This document shows, in pieces, positions 10,415 to 19,648 of a stretch of DNA of 31,000 nt (position 1 is the stretch's first letter; each line of letters begins with the position of its first letter). Both the position numbers and the translations under genes were made by a program. A model generated the notes under the pieces. That model saw only the letters and a program-made list of their open reading frames with translations, was not told the origin of the DNA and did not search any database. The DNA comes from Bacteroidales bacterium (GTDB lineage: Bacteria > Bacteroidota > Bacteroidia > Bacteroidales > Prolixibacteraceae), in contig JBBRGI010000001.1 in the NCBI GenBank assembly GCA_038240855.1, positions 1-31,000 of the forward strand, given 5' to 3'.

Positions 10415-13400
10415 ATGTCAGTAAAAAACTTCACCGCGTTTGTTTTCATTCTTGCATTTCTTGCATCGAACGGACAAGATAAAAAACTCCCTCCCGGTTT
10501 CCCGGATCGTTCCCCGAACCTGAATGTTCTTCCCGGATTTAAAACCCCTCCGAAAGGTTACGGTGAAGTATCTTTCTACTGGTGGCTGGGCGATACCCTG
10601 ACCAAAGAAAGAATAACCTCACAGTTGGATCAACTCAAAGACAAAAGCATCACCGGATTGCAGATTAACTACTGCCATACCGATAAAGGGGGCGCCAGTT
10701 ATGGCTTGACTTACCCCAGTCAGCCGGCCTTGTTCAGCGCAAAATGGTGGGAGCTGTTTCAATGGTTTTTGAAAGAGGCCAAAAAGCGCGACATGTCTGT
10801 CAGTCTGAGCGATTATACCCTCGGCGCTGCCGGCCAGGGTTGGTTTGTGGATGAAATGCTGAAAGAGAACAAGAATTACGGCTCAAAACTGGAAGCCAGG
10901 CAATTTGATGCAAAAGGCAATCAAAATTTTAAAACCACGGTGCCTGAAGAGGTGATTACGGCCATCGCCTACCCGGTTGCAAACGGCATTTTGTCTTCCT
11001 CCAATTCGATCGATCTGAAATCTTCGATCAAAAATACGGAATTGGAATGGCAGGTGCCTAACGGAGATTGGAAACTGATCGTGGTATACCGAAAGACTGT
11101 AAAAACCTCGTTCGACCCGATGAATCCAATCAGTGGTGCACAGGTTACCGAAAAATTTTACCAACGTTTTGAAGATTATTGTCCGGGCGAATCGGGCAAA
11201 GGTTTGAACTTCTTTTTTTCCGATGAACTTCAGTTTGGCATCCGGGGATTTTTGTGGAACGACCAGTTTGCAACCGAATTTAAGAAACGGAAGGGATACG
11301 ATCTCTTCCCCGAATTGCCCCATTTGTTTGCCAATCTGGGTCCCCGGTCATACAAAATTCGCCTCGATTACAACGATGTAATGGTTGCCCTTTCGGAGGA
11401 TGGGTTCTTCAAACCAGTGTACGAATGGCACAACAGTCGCGGCATGTTGTTTGGCTGCGATCACGGCGGTCGCGGCAGGGATGTAACCGAGTTTGGCGAT
11501 TATTTCCGCACCCAGCGCTGGTTATCCGGTCCGGGTTGCGACCAGCCCGGATTAGGCAGAGACATTGTAAAAAATAAAGTAGCCAGCTCGATCGCACATT
11601 TGTACGAGCGCCCGCGAACCTGGCTCGAAGGATTTTATGGCAGCGGGTGGGGAACCAGCAGCGAAGAAGTGGCTGATGCAACCTTTGCCAATTTTGCGAT
11701 GGGGCAAAACCTGTTAAGCCTCCATGGCCTATATTACACGACGCATGGCAGTATGTGGGAATGGGCGGCGCCCGATAATCACTGGCGTCAGCCATACTGG
11801 AACAACATGGGTGATTTTCTGAAATGCTCCGAGCGACTGAGTTACGTGCTTTCCCAAGGGCATCATCGTTGCGATGTGGCTTTGATCTATCCCGTTGCTC
11901 CGGTGGAGGCCAACCTCAAAGGAAAGGAATCAACTGAAACAGCTTTTGCTATCGCCCGCGACCTTTACCCTGCCGGAATCGACTTCGACTTCATGGATTT
12001 CGAATCACTCGGCCGCTGCCGTATTCAGAATAAAGAACTGAATGTCAGCGGTGAAAAATACAAGGTATTGGTATTGCCGGCTTTAGCTGCGGTGCGGTAT
12101 GCGACCATTGAAAAAGCGTTGGAATTCTTCCGCTCAGGCGGCATCGTTCTGGCAGTTGGCGCCTTGCCCGAAGCCAGCGACCGGATTGGTGGAGACGACA
12201 CACAATTGCAATCGATGATCAAAGAAATGTTTGGAACGACATTTTCTGAAAAACATGACACAACCGTAGTCTATTCCCAAAAAAGTAAGGCCGGGGGGGC
12301 CGGCTTGTTCATTCACAACCCGATTGAAGTAAAAAAGGTCATCGACAAGTTGATTCAACGCGACTTTAAAGTATTATCCGGAGAGAATGTTCCCGGAATT
12401 CTTCACCGTAAAATTGGAAACCGCGATTTGTATTTTGTGTATGGCCTTGCGAAAGGTACAAGCTGTGAATTCCGGGCTACCGGAAAGGTTGAACTCTGGA
12501 ATCCCTGGAATGGAAGCACAAAGCCGTTGAAGGTAACTGCTGTTTCTGAAACAGGGACAACAATTGCGCTTCCTTTGGAAAAAAGCGAACCGCAACTGAT
12601 TGTTTTTAGTCCGGGGAAACCTAAATTAGAAAATGCAGCTTCCGCTTTCAGCGAAAAACTAAATACTTTGCTCATTGATAATGATTGGGAATTTGAATTG
12701 AAACCCACGCTCGACAACCAGTATGGTGATTACCGCCTGCCGGCTTTCGATGGCAAACTGGGAGTTGAAGTCTGGAAAATGAAATTTGCTGAAGAAAAAG
12801 CTGCAGTTCAGGGGCAAAATCCAACCTTGGACGACAGTGGGTGGACTACTGCAACCGTTGGATACGGACCACAATTCTGGAAGCTTGGCCCTATGCCTAA
12901 CGATATGGATTCGGTCGCCGTAGAGGCAAAGTTGGCCTCTCTGAAACAAGTTAATCCGGACGAGCCTGTTGAGGTAAACGGAAAGAAATATTACTGGAAG
13001 CCGTATGAATTCTCGTGGCGCTGGGGTTTGAAGGAGGATGCCGGGCATCAGGGATACCACGGCATGAAAGGAGAGGTAAACAATGAACTGATTTCTTTGG
13101 GTGCCATCGACAAATCGCGGAAACATATACCTGTTTATCCGCTTTCCGCTGAACCTGACGGAAGCATCTATTACCTTTGGTCGACAGTTTCATCAACCAA
13201 ACCGATGCAGGCCAAAATCATAAAATCCGGACTTTTGCCTGTAAAAATATACCTGAACAATCGTTTGACCGATAGGGAAACGGACATGATTGACTTACAT
13301 GCAGGGAACAATCCGGTATTGCTCAAATACAACAAAGTTGGCCGTGGGGTCTTTGTTTTTCAAGATGCTCAGGCTGATGCACATTGGAAACAGTCCGTTC

Positions 13401-14110
13401 CATTGGCCACAAATTGGTACCTGAATCCGGCAATACTTCCTTACGATTGCAATCCGCAGGCAAGAGGACAATTTGGTTGGTACCGGTTTGTATCGCCTCC
13501 CGGAACCCAAACTTTTTATGTCACTTCACAAGCAAAGCCCGAAGTATGGGTCGCCGGAAAGGAATATCCTTGCGAGCCCGGGCAACTGCAGTCCGGAAGA
13601 ATCGCCGATGCGAACCTCAAAACCTGGAAAGTGAATTTGACTGAAACGATGCCGGTATCTGTCACCATTGCACTAAAAATGGAGCAACTACCCGGATTCT
13701 TTGGTGGTTCGGCGATTCCTGAACCTGTAATTTTCGAGTGCGAAAAGGGAAGAATCCAATTGGGCGATCTGGGCGAAAACGAATCATTGAAAACCTATTC
13801 AGGGGGAATGTGGTACCGTAAAACCATCAAAATGTCGCCGGAGCAGGCTGATTCAAAACAGATTGTCCTCGATTTAGGGCGGGTCGTGGCTTCGGCCGAA
13901 GTGATTGTAAACGGCAAAACGGTAGGTTCAAAATCTTCGTCACCATGGACATTCGACCTTTCAGGAAAAGTGATTTCTGGAGACAATAAAATTGAAATTC
14001 TTGTTTATAACACGCTCGGCAACCATTACCTGACCACGCCATCGCAATATGTTGGAAGGATCAATTCAGGGCTGATTGGGCCTGTAGATATTAATTTCTC
14101 AATAAAATAA
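10415..14110 (+). CDS. GH106-like alpha-L-rhamnosidase, 1231 aa, with C-terminal GH2-type jelly-roll
   Basis: Signal peptide; FYWWLG, LSDYTLG, FFSDE, SSIAHLY, NLLSLHG, CDVALIYP, DFDFMD and C-terminal LDLGRV..SAEVIVNG...NKIEILVYNTL...SGLIGPV are typical of GH106. Confidence 0.75.
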   Translation: MSVKNFTAFVFILAFLASNGQDKKLPPGFPDRSPNLNVLPGFKTPPKGYGEVSFYWWLGDTLTKERITSQLDQLKDKSITGLQINYCHTDKGGASYGLTYPSQPALFSAKWWELFQWFLKEAKKRDMSVSLSDYTLGAAGQGWFVDEMLKENKNYGSKLEARQFDAKGNQNFKTTVPEEVITAIAYPVANGILSSSNSIDLKSSIKNTELEWQVPNGDWKLIVVYRKTVKTSFDPMNPISGAQVTEKFYQRFEDYCPGESGKGLNFFFSDELQFGIRGFLWNDQFATEFKKRKGYDLFPELPHLFANLGPRSYKIRLDYNDVMVALSEDGFFKPVYEWHNSRGMLFGCDHGGRGRDVTEFGDYFRTQRWLSGPGCDQPGLGRDIVKNKVASSIAHLYERPRTWLEGFYGSGWGTSSEEVADATFANFAMGQNLLSLHGLYYTTHGSMWEWAAPDNHWRQPYWNNMGDFLKCSERLSYVLSQGHHRCDVALIYPVAPVEANLKGKESTETAFAIARDLYPAGIDFDFMDFESLGRCRIQNKELNVSGEKYKVLVLPALAAVRYATIEKALEFFRSGGIVLAVGALPEASDRIGGDDTQLQSMIKEMFGTTFSEKHDTTVVYSQKSKAGGAGLFIHNPIEVKKVIDKLIQRDFKVLSGENVPGILHRKIGNRDLYFVYGLAKGTSCEFRATGKVELWNPWNGSTKPLKVTAVSETGTTIALPLEKSEPQLIVFSPGKPKLENAASAFSEKLNTLLIDNDWEFELKPTLDNQYGDYRLPAFDGKLGVEVWKMKFAEEKAAVQGQNPTLDDSGWTTATVGYGPQFWKLGPMPNDMDSVAVEAKLASLKQVNPDEPVEVNGKKYYWKPYEFSWRWGLKEDAGHQGYHGMKGEVNNELISLGAIDKSRKHIPVYPLSAEPDGSIYYLWSTVSSTKPMQAKIIKSGLLPVKIYLNNRLTDRETDMIDLHAGNNPVLLKYNKVGRGVFVFQDAQADAHWKQSVPLATNWYLNPAILPYDCNPQARGQFGWYRFVSPPGTQTFYVTSQAKPEVWVAGKEYPCEPGQLQSGRIADANLKTWKVNLTETMPVSVTIALKMEQLPGFFGGSAIPEPVIFECEKGRIQLGDLGENESLKTYSGGMWYRKTIKMSPEQADSKQIVLDLGRVVASAEVIVNGKTVGSKSSSPWTFDLSGKVISGDNKIEILVYNTLGNHYLTTPSQYVGRINSGLIGPVDINFSIK

Positions 14111-14121
14111 AAACAATCACA

Positions 14122-16074
14122 ATGAAGAATAAAACTTTTTTCCCTGCTTTAATATTACTGGTTTGTTTAGGCCTGTTTGCCAAGGCTCAAACCAAAGAAA
14201 CCACTCCGGTTTACAAACCATTTGTCAACCAGGCCGGATACAATCTGGGTGAGTCGAAACGATTTGTCTGCTATGGTGCGCCAGACAATACGCCGTTTAA
14301 AATTATGGATACCAAAACCAAACTACCAGTTTTTGAAGGCAAAATGCTGAACAACGAAGGCTGGTTTTCAGAACTTAATCCGGTAACTTCCGGTGACGAA
14401 TATGTGGTTGAAGTGGCTGGTTACGGCCAGTCGAAATCCTTCTGGATTGCCGACCATTTGATGGAAAAAGTATCGTCAAAACTGGCGTATGATTTTTTTG
14501 TGGATGTGCGTGGTTACGACGATCTGGACAAATACGATATGTCGAAGGTGTATGGTGGCGGCCCTTCGCGCGATGGTGGCGCTTATGGTTTGGAAGCTAC
14601 TTTCGAAGTGTTGCAGTATGCGGCCAATCCGGCTTTGTACGACAACTGGAAAACAGAGTTGGGCGATAAAAATGTGCCCGATCTGATTGATCTGATTCTC
14701 TGGCATGCTGAATATGCCTACAAATATGTGGATTACAATGGCCCCACCGGATACCGTCATGGAACACTTGGTTATGAAGGTCAGCCACGTATGAATTACG
14801 ATTACTGGAATACGCTCGATCATCTGGCTGCTGTTTGTGCCGCCTATCATTCTTTCCTGAAACCATACCTTTCAGAAGAAAAATATCAGAAGTACCGCAA
14901 AGCCTGTCTGGATAACTGGGAGAAATACGACCGCCATAAAGTAGTGCGCTACTGGACTTACAGCAGTAAATGGGTTGATCAGGGATTTCAGGAATTTAAC
15001 GAGATGGGTAATGCTTTTGGGCAATCGGTTTTCAGTAACCTGTTTATGTATTTGTGCGAGAAAAACGAGAAAAATGGTCAGCCCGATAAGTTTTTGAAAT
15101 ATGCACAGGAAAGTGCAACGGATATCATTACCAATTGGGATTTCAACAACCCGCGGCAGATGTGGTGGATTCGCAATGCCGAGCACATCACGCCACAAGC
15201 ATTGGCCTGGTTCCTGATGGTGGCTCCTGATAAGGCACCTGCCGGATCGCGCGAAAAACTTGCCGCATGGGCTAATCACATGAAGCAGAAAACCAACAAT
15301 TTCTGGAAATACCGGATGCACAGCGAAACCGAATGGGCACATGCCAAAACAAAAGAATTAGGCGGGGCACCTGCTTTGGGCGGTTCGATGTTTGCCGTGG
15401 CCTATTTGTTAAACGATAAGGCATTGCGCGATTTGGGCTGGGCACAGGTCGATTTCGTTTTTGGGGTAAATCCGGTTGGCACACACCTGAGCAATAAAAG
15501 CGATGAACGGGTAAAAATCGGCGGTTTCTGGGAAGGTGTTGAAGAAGGCTGGCCACAGGCTCATCCCGATGGCTATGGAAGGCTTGGGCTGGTTCGCGGA
15601 ACGCTCGATGGTACTCCGTTGGACAGCCAATTCCCTATTGCCAAAACAGTTGAAAAGATAGTGGGTCAGAATGAAGGACAGATTTTTGGCAAAAATGCCT
15701 ACGCCACCGAGGGCTGGTGCGTTTCGAACCGGGGTTGGGAAGCAACCGTAACTTTTGCCACATTGGGAAGTCAGCAAATTAAACTGTACGATGCCGATTA
15801 TAAAAAGGAAATAACAAAGGCCAAACCGGGACAAACCATCACTGTTGAACTGAAAGCTGCCCTAAACCAGGATTGGAACAAAGTGGATCAGGGCTGGGTC
15901 GAAATCAGCACTGGAAACGAAGCTGCCAAAATGCTGAAAGTGAGCGAAACCGGCGCCAATACCGGAATCTTTACGGCTAAATATGTCACTCCAAAGGTTA
16001 AAAAGGGAAGTCAACTGGAGGTATCGTACGGCTATTTTGGATTTGGGAAATTAATTAGGCTAACAATTCAATAG
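14122..16074 (+). CDS. Secreted divergent GH9-like protein (N-terminal Ig-like domain plus probable (alpha/alpha)6 barrel)
   Basis: N-terminal FVNQAGY resembles the CelD_N VNQxGY motif; GGGPSRDGGAY aligns to GGWYDAGDY; AQVDFVFGVNP aligns to QxDYxLGxNP; YATEGWCVSN aligns to YxxNEvaixxN. Confidence 0.5.
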   Translation: MKNKTFFPALILLVCLGLFAKAQTKETTPVYKPFVNQAGYNLGESKRFVCYGAPDNTPFKIMDTKTKLPVFEGKMLNNEGWFSELNPVTSGDEYVVEVAGYGQSKSFWIADHLMEKVSSKLAYDFFVDVRGYDDLDKYDMSKVYGGGPSRDGGAYGLEATFEVLQYAANPALYDNWKTELGDKNVPDLIDLILWHAEYAYKYVDYNGPTGYRHGTLGYEGQPRMNYDYWNTLDHLAAVCAAYHSFLKPYLSEEKYQKYRKACLDNWEKYDRHKVVRYWTYSSKWVDQGFQEFNEMGNAFGQSVFSNLFMYLCEKNEKNGQPDKFLKYAQESATDIITNWDFNNPRQMWWIRNAEHITPQALAWFLMVAPDKAPAGSREKLAAWANHMKQKTNNFWKYRMHSETEWAHAKTKELGGAPALGGSMFAVAYLLNDKALRDLGWAQVDFVFGVNPVGTHLSNKSDERVKIGGFWEGVEEGWPQAHPDGYGRLGLVRGTLDGTPLDSQFPIAKTVEKIVGQNEGQIFGKNAYATEGWCVSNRGWEATVTFATLGSQQIKLYDADYKKEITKAKPGQTITVELKAALNQDWNKVDQGWVEISTGNEAAKMLKVSETGANTGIFTAKYVTPKVKKGSQLEVSYGYFGFGKLIRLTIQ

Positions 16075-16146
16075 ATGTCATAATGAATAAGCCGGTTGCT
16101 GAAATTTTCATTTCCCTGATGAATTCGAAAATAAACAATTCAGGTT

Positions 16147-16238
16147 TCGCTTCAGGTCTTCAACAGCACACTTCAATTCCAATATAGGACACTTCACTCG
16201 TTTTTTTTCGCAATGAAGGTTGATAGTCTATATTTTTG
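16147..16238 (+). promoter_or_regulatory. Putative LytTR operator (TCGCTTCAG 16147, ACACTTCAA 16168, ACACTTCAC 16189; 21-bp period) plus -7 element TATTTTTG at 16231
   Basis: 9-bp direct repeats separated by 12 bp, the known LytTR site geometry; Bacteroidetes TAnnTTTG starts 34 nt after the last repeat ends. Confidence 0.75.
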
Positions 16239-16272
16239 ATCGTATATTCACTTTTTAAATTTAATACCAATC

Positions 16273-17193
16273 ATGAAAAAAAACAGTTCAAAGATTTTAG
16301 GTGTTTTTTTGGCTATGTGCCTTTTCATCCTCACAATTAGCGGACAAGCCTTCGATTCCGGATCAGGATCATCAACGCGTACCTGCTCCAATGTTGCCTA
16401 CGCCAGCCTTTCGCCAGCCCAGGTGATGGATATTTATCTGCCCGAAGGCGATGGCCCGTTTCCTGTAGTGGTTTTAATTCATGGTGGCGCTTTTAAAATG
16501 GGCGATAAAGAAATGGAATCCCGCAATGCCGAAGCCTTGGTTGCCAAAGGATACGCAGCCGCGAGTATCAATTATCGGTTAAGCGGCGAAGCTAAATTTC
16601 CGGCACAGATTGAGGATTGCAAGGCTGTCGTCAGGTTTTTACGGGCCAATGCCGCCAAATATCGCCTGAATCCCGACAAGATTGGTTCGTGGGGTGCATC
16701 GGCTGGTGGCAACCTTTCGGCTTTGCTCGGAACCTCTTCCGGAGTGGCCGAATTGGAAGGAAAAGAGTTGGGCAATTCCGGAGTCTCTTCCAAGGTAATC
16801 GCTTCGGTTGACTGGTTTGGCCCCATTAATTTTCTGACCATGGACGACGAGGCTAAGGCGCTTGGTTTCACCGGACGGACTAACAGCGAATCTTCACCCG
16901 AATCGCAACTGATAGGCAAGGCAATTCAGTCGGTTCCCGAATTGGTTAAGAAAGCCAATCCTACCACTTACATTACTGCTGATGATGCGGCTTTTTTCAT
17001 TCAGGTGGGAAGTATGGATCGCAACATTCCGTATTCACAAAGCCGGAATTTCTACGATGCTATAAAACCAGTGATTGGTGCTGGTAAAGTGTCGTTTGAG
17101 TTACTGGAAGGAGCAGGCCACGGAGGACCGCAATTTTCAGCTCCATCGAATATTGAAAAGGTAATTGCCTTTTTTGATAAGTATCTAAAATAG
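16273..17193 (+). CDS. Secreted alpha/beta-hydrolase esterase (Abhydrolase_3/BD-FAE-like), copy 1
   Basis: HGGAF oxyanion motif, GASAGG nucleophile elbow, GSMD (Asp), GHGG (His); signal peptide. Confidence 0.88.
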   Translation: MKKNSSKILGVFLAMCLFILTISGQAFDSGSGSSTRTCSNVAYASLSPAQVMDIYLPEGDGPFPVVVLIHGGAFKMGDKEMESRNAEALVAKGYAAASINYRLSGEAKFPAQIEDCKAVVRFLRANAAKYRLNPDKIGSWGASAGGNLSALLGTSSGVAELEGKELGNSGVSSKVIASVDWFGPINFLTMDDEAKALGFTGRTNSESSPESQLIGKAIQSVPELVKKANPTTYITADDAAFFIQVGSMDRNIPYSQSRNFYDAIKPVIGAGKVSFELLEGAGHGGPQFSAPSNIEKVIAFFDKYLK

Positions 17194-17215
17194 ATAAATT
17201 AAAGAAAATGAATTC

Positions 17216-17260
17216 AGGCCTGGTTGTTTTTCCTACGAACAATCAGGCCTTTTTTCTTTT
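17216..17260 (+). terminator. Rho-independent terminator after esterase copy 1
   Basis: Stem AGGCCTGGTTGTT (17216-17228) / AACAATCAGGCCT (17238-17250), followed by TTTTTCTTTT. Confidence 0.85.
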
Positions 17261-17346
17261 CAATTCTTTTCAATTACACTTCAACCGCGAATAATTACGC
17301 TTCACGCAAATTTTTCTAAAAACCGTCAAAACCAGGGCTAGTTTTG
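17255..17346 (+). promoter_or_regulatory. Second putative LytTR operator (ACACTTCAA 17276, ACGCTTCAC 17297, weak TCTTTTCAA 17255) plus -7 element TAGTTTTG at 17339
   Basis: Same repeat, same 12-bp spacer and same 34-nt offset to TAnnTTTG as upstream of copy 1. Confidence 0.75.
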
Positions 17347-17376
17347 GGCATTGTTTAATTTTAAAACTCAGGAAAA

Positions 17377-18505
17377 ATGAAAAAGTTAATAGTAAGTTTA
17401 TTATAAACTTTAAAACCACCTCCTTTGGTGGTGGTTATGTATAAGCGGCTATGCCTGAAAATTAATTATTTTGTGGCATGAGCAATTTCAAAAATTAAGT
17501 CTTGTCAGTTATCAGAAAAAAAATGAACTAAGCAATAGAATCTGGACTTTGGCCCCTTATAGGGGCTTTTCAAGTCCACCTTCTCAGATGGTGGATTCTT
17601 TAATTGTTGCGACTAGTCTTTTATTCGGATCATGCAAGAAGAGTGATGTCGCTGTTGATGATACAACTGCCAGTACATCAACCAGTGCAACCACATTTAC
17701 AGATGTAGCCTATGCTACAACATCGTCGGCACAAAAGATGGATATCTATTTGCCTACGGGTGCCGGTCCATTCCCGGTGGTGGTAATTATTCATGGTGGC
17801 GCCTTTATGATGGGCGATAAAGGCGGAGAAACCTCAAATGCAGCAGCATTAGTGGCCAATGGAATTGCTGCCGTCAGCATTAACTACCGTTTAAGTGGTG
17901 AAGCTCCTTTTCCTGCGCAAATACAGGATTGTAAAGCCGCGGTCAGATTCCTGCGTGCCAATGCAACTAAATACAACCTGAATCCTGATAAAATTGGTTC
18001 GTGGGGTGCTTCGGCCGGTGGAAATCTTTCAGCCATGCTGGGCACTTCTTCAGGAATTACCGAACTGGAAGGAGCCAGCCTCGGAAATTCGAGCTTTTCT
18101 TCAAAAGTTATCGCATCTGTCGATTGGTTCGGTCCGATTAACTTTCTGACCATGGATGCCGAAGCCGCTGCATTGGGATTTACGATTTCAACAAACAGTT
18201 CTTCTTCTCCTGAATCAAAACTGATGGGAGCAGCCGTTCAAACAATACCTGCCCAGGTTGCCAAGGCTAACCCGTCCACTTACATTACGACTGACGATGC
18301 AGCGTTTTTTATTCAGGTGGGTAGCCTCGACCGGAATATTCCCTATACCCAGAGCCTGAATTTTTACAACGCGTTGAAAACGGTGAAAGGTTCGACGGAT
18401 GTAAGTTATGAATTGCTTGATGGCGCTGCACATGGAGGTACTCAGTTCTCTACCGCTACAAACATGGCCAAAGTGATAGCATTCTATACGAAATACCTGA
18501 AATAG
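17377..18505 (+). pseudogene. Lipoprotein alpha/beta-hydrolase esterase, copy 2, interrupted in its signal peptide
   Basis: ATG 17377 gives MKKLIVSLL-stop. Removing the ~200-bp insert fuses it in frame to IVATSLLFGS-CKKSD (lipobox Cys). Catalytic domain (HGGAF, GASAGG, GSLD, AHGG) is intact to the stop at 18505. Confidence 0.75.
17401..17602 (-). mobile_element. Non-autonomous miniature element resembling IS200/IS605 ends
   Basis: Sub-terminal hairpins AACCACC..GGTGGTT (17414-17436) and TCCACC..GGTGGA (17575-17595), nested TGGACTT-GCCCC-TTATA-GGGGC-AAGTCCA (17543-17578); no transposase; no terminal inverted repeats; splits a coding sequence. Boundaries uncertain by about 3 nt; strand is a guess from IS200 end layout. 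Confidence 0.6.
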
Positions 18506-18559
18506 TATTCCGCGCTGGCGTTTTTTATGCCAATTGATTTTTATTTTTGTAAAAAATTT

Positions 18560-18593
18560 AACCTGAATGTTCCGCAAAAAGAACATTCAGGTT
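18560..18593. other. Perfect 13-bp inverted repeat between esterase 2 and the sensor kinase
   Basis: AACCTGAATGTTC-cgcaaaaa-GAACATTCAGGTT; a TATTTTTG (TAnnTTTG) lies just upstream at 18542-18549. No long U-tract. Confidence 0.7.
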
Positions 18594-18635
18594 TACCACA
18601 TAGCTAGATCTGGTTAACTAAAATTATTCCTTAAA

Positions 18636-19646
18636 ATGAGCTCAAAAATCGGCCTGATTGATGCCAAATATTTACTCGCCGTATCCTTTACCGGAGCCTT
18701 GTTGTTATCGTTGATGCCCTTAAGTTTTGCACTCGACTCATTCATGATGCCTGATTTCTATTTGCGGTTTTTGGATGTTGTTTTGCTCTTTCTGATGGTG
18801 GCATTCATGTTTTACGCCGGCATATCATTCAACCTGAAATGGAGTCATTTCTCAACGGTGAAAAAGCTAATATTTAACCTGATTCTTTATCTGGTGGGTA
18901 CATTGGCTTGCATCGCCGTTCATTTGCCGATATGGAAAATAACATCGCACATTCCGTTGCCTTTTTACATCAAAGATGAAATTGTCAGAAATATGATCAT
19001 TCTGCTGGTTAGTTTCATGTCGGTCAGGTTTTATGTAAAAACCACTGAAAATAAGCAGTTAAAAGAAGACTATACCGATCTGCAAACCCAGCACCTGAAC
19101 AGCCAGCTTACAGCTTTGATGAACCAGATTAACCCTCACTTTTTCTTCAATACGCTAAATACCTTAAGTGGACTGATTCATGAGAATCCGGAAAAGAGCG
19201 AGGTTTTTATCAACAAACTTTCGCAGGTATTCCGATATATTCTGAATATGCAGGAAAACAGCCACGTACTACTTTCTGAAGAAATTAAATTTGCCCGCGA
19301 TTATGCGTTTTTGCTGAATGTACGTTTCGAGGATAAACTACAGATAAATTTTGGAAGTGTCGATCAGATCAATGCCCGGGTTCCATCGCTTTGCAGCCAG
19401 TTGCTCATCGAAAATGTAATCAAGCACAACCGGATGAACCAACAGTTTCCGTTAACCGTATCTTTTTCAGAAGAAAACGGTTACCTCAAAATCTGCAACA
19501 ATTTCATCCCTCAGTTAAGCGAAAATTCTACCGGTTTGGGTCTTAAAAACTTGAACCGCAGGAGCGAACTGCTGTCGGGAAAACCCATTGTGATTGAAAA
19601 GACAGAGGATTCGTTTTGTGTGAAAGTTCCGTTTATAAAAATTTGA
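18636..19646 (+). CDS. LytS/YehU-type membrane sensor histidine kinase
   Basis: Several N-terminal hydrophobic segments; H-box QINPHFFFNTLN; LLIENVIKHN; STGLGLKN. Confidence 0.9.
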   Translation: MSSKIGLIDAKYLLAVSFTGALLLSLMPLSFALDSFMMPDFYLRFLDVVLLFLMVAFMFYAGISFNLKWSHFSTVKKLIFNLILYLVGTLACIAVHLPIWKITSHIPLPFYIKDEIVRNMIILLVSFMSVRFYVKTTENKQLKEDYTDLQTQHLNSQLTALMNQINPHFFFNTLNTLSGLIHENPEKSEVFINKLSQVFRYILNMQENSHVLLSEEIKFARDYAFLLNVRFEDKLQINFGSVDQINARVPSLCSQLLIENVIKHNRMNQQFPLTVSFSEENGYLKICNNFIPQLSENSTGLGLKNLNRRSELLSGKPIVIEKTEDSFCVKVPFIKI

Positions 19647-19648
19647 TT

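Noticed and set aside
17471-17587. ORF-track N-terminal extension MWHEQFQ... of esterase 2
   Set aside because: It starts at a TTG inside the inserted element and reads through its hairpins; the real start is ATG 17377, in another frame.
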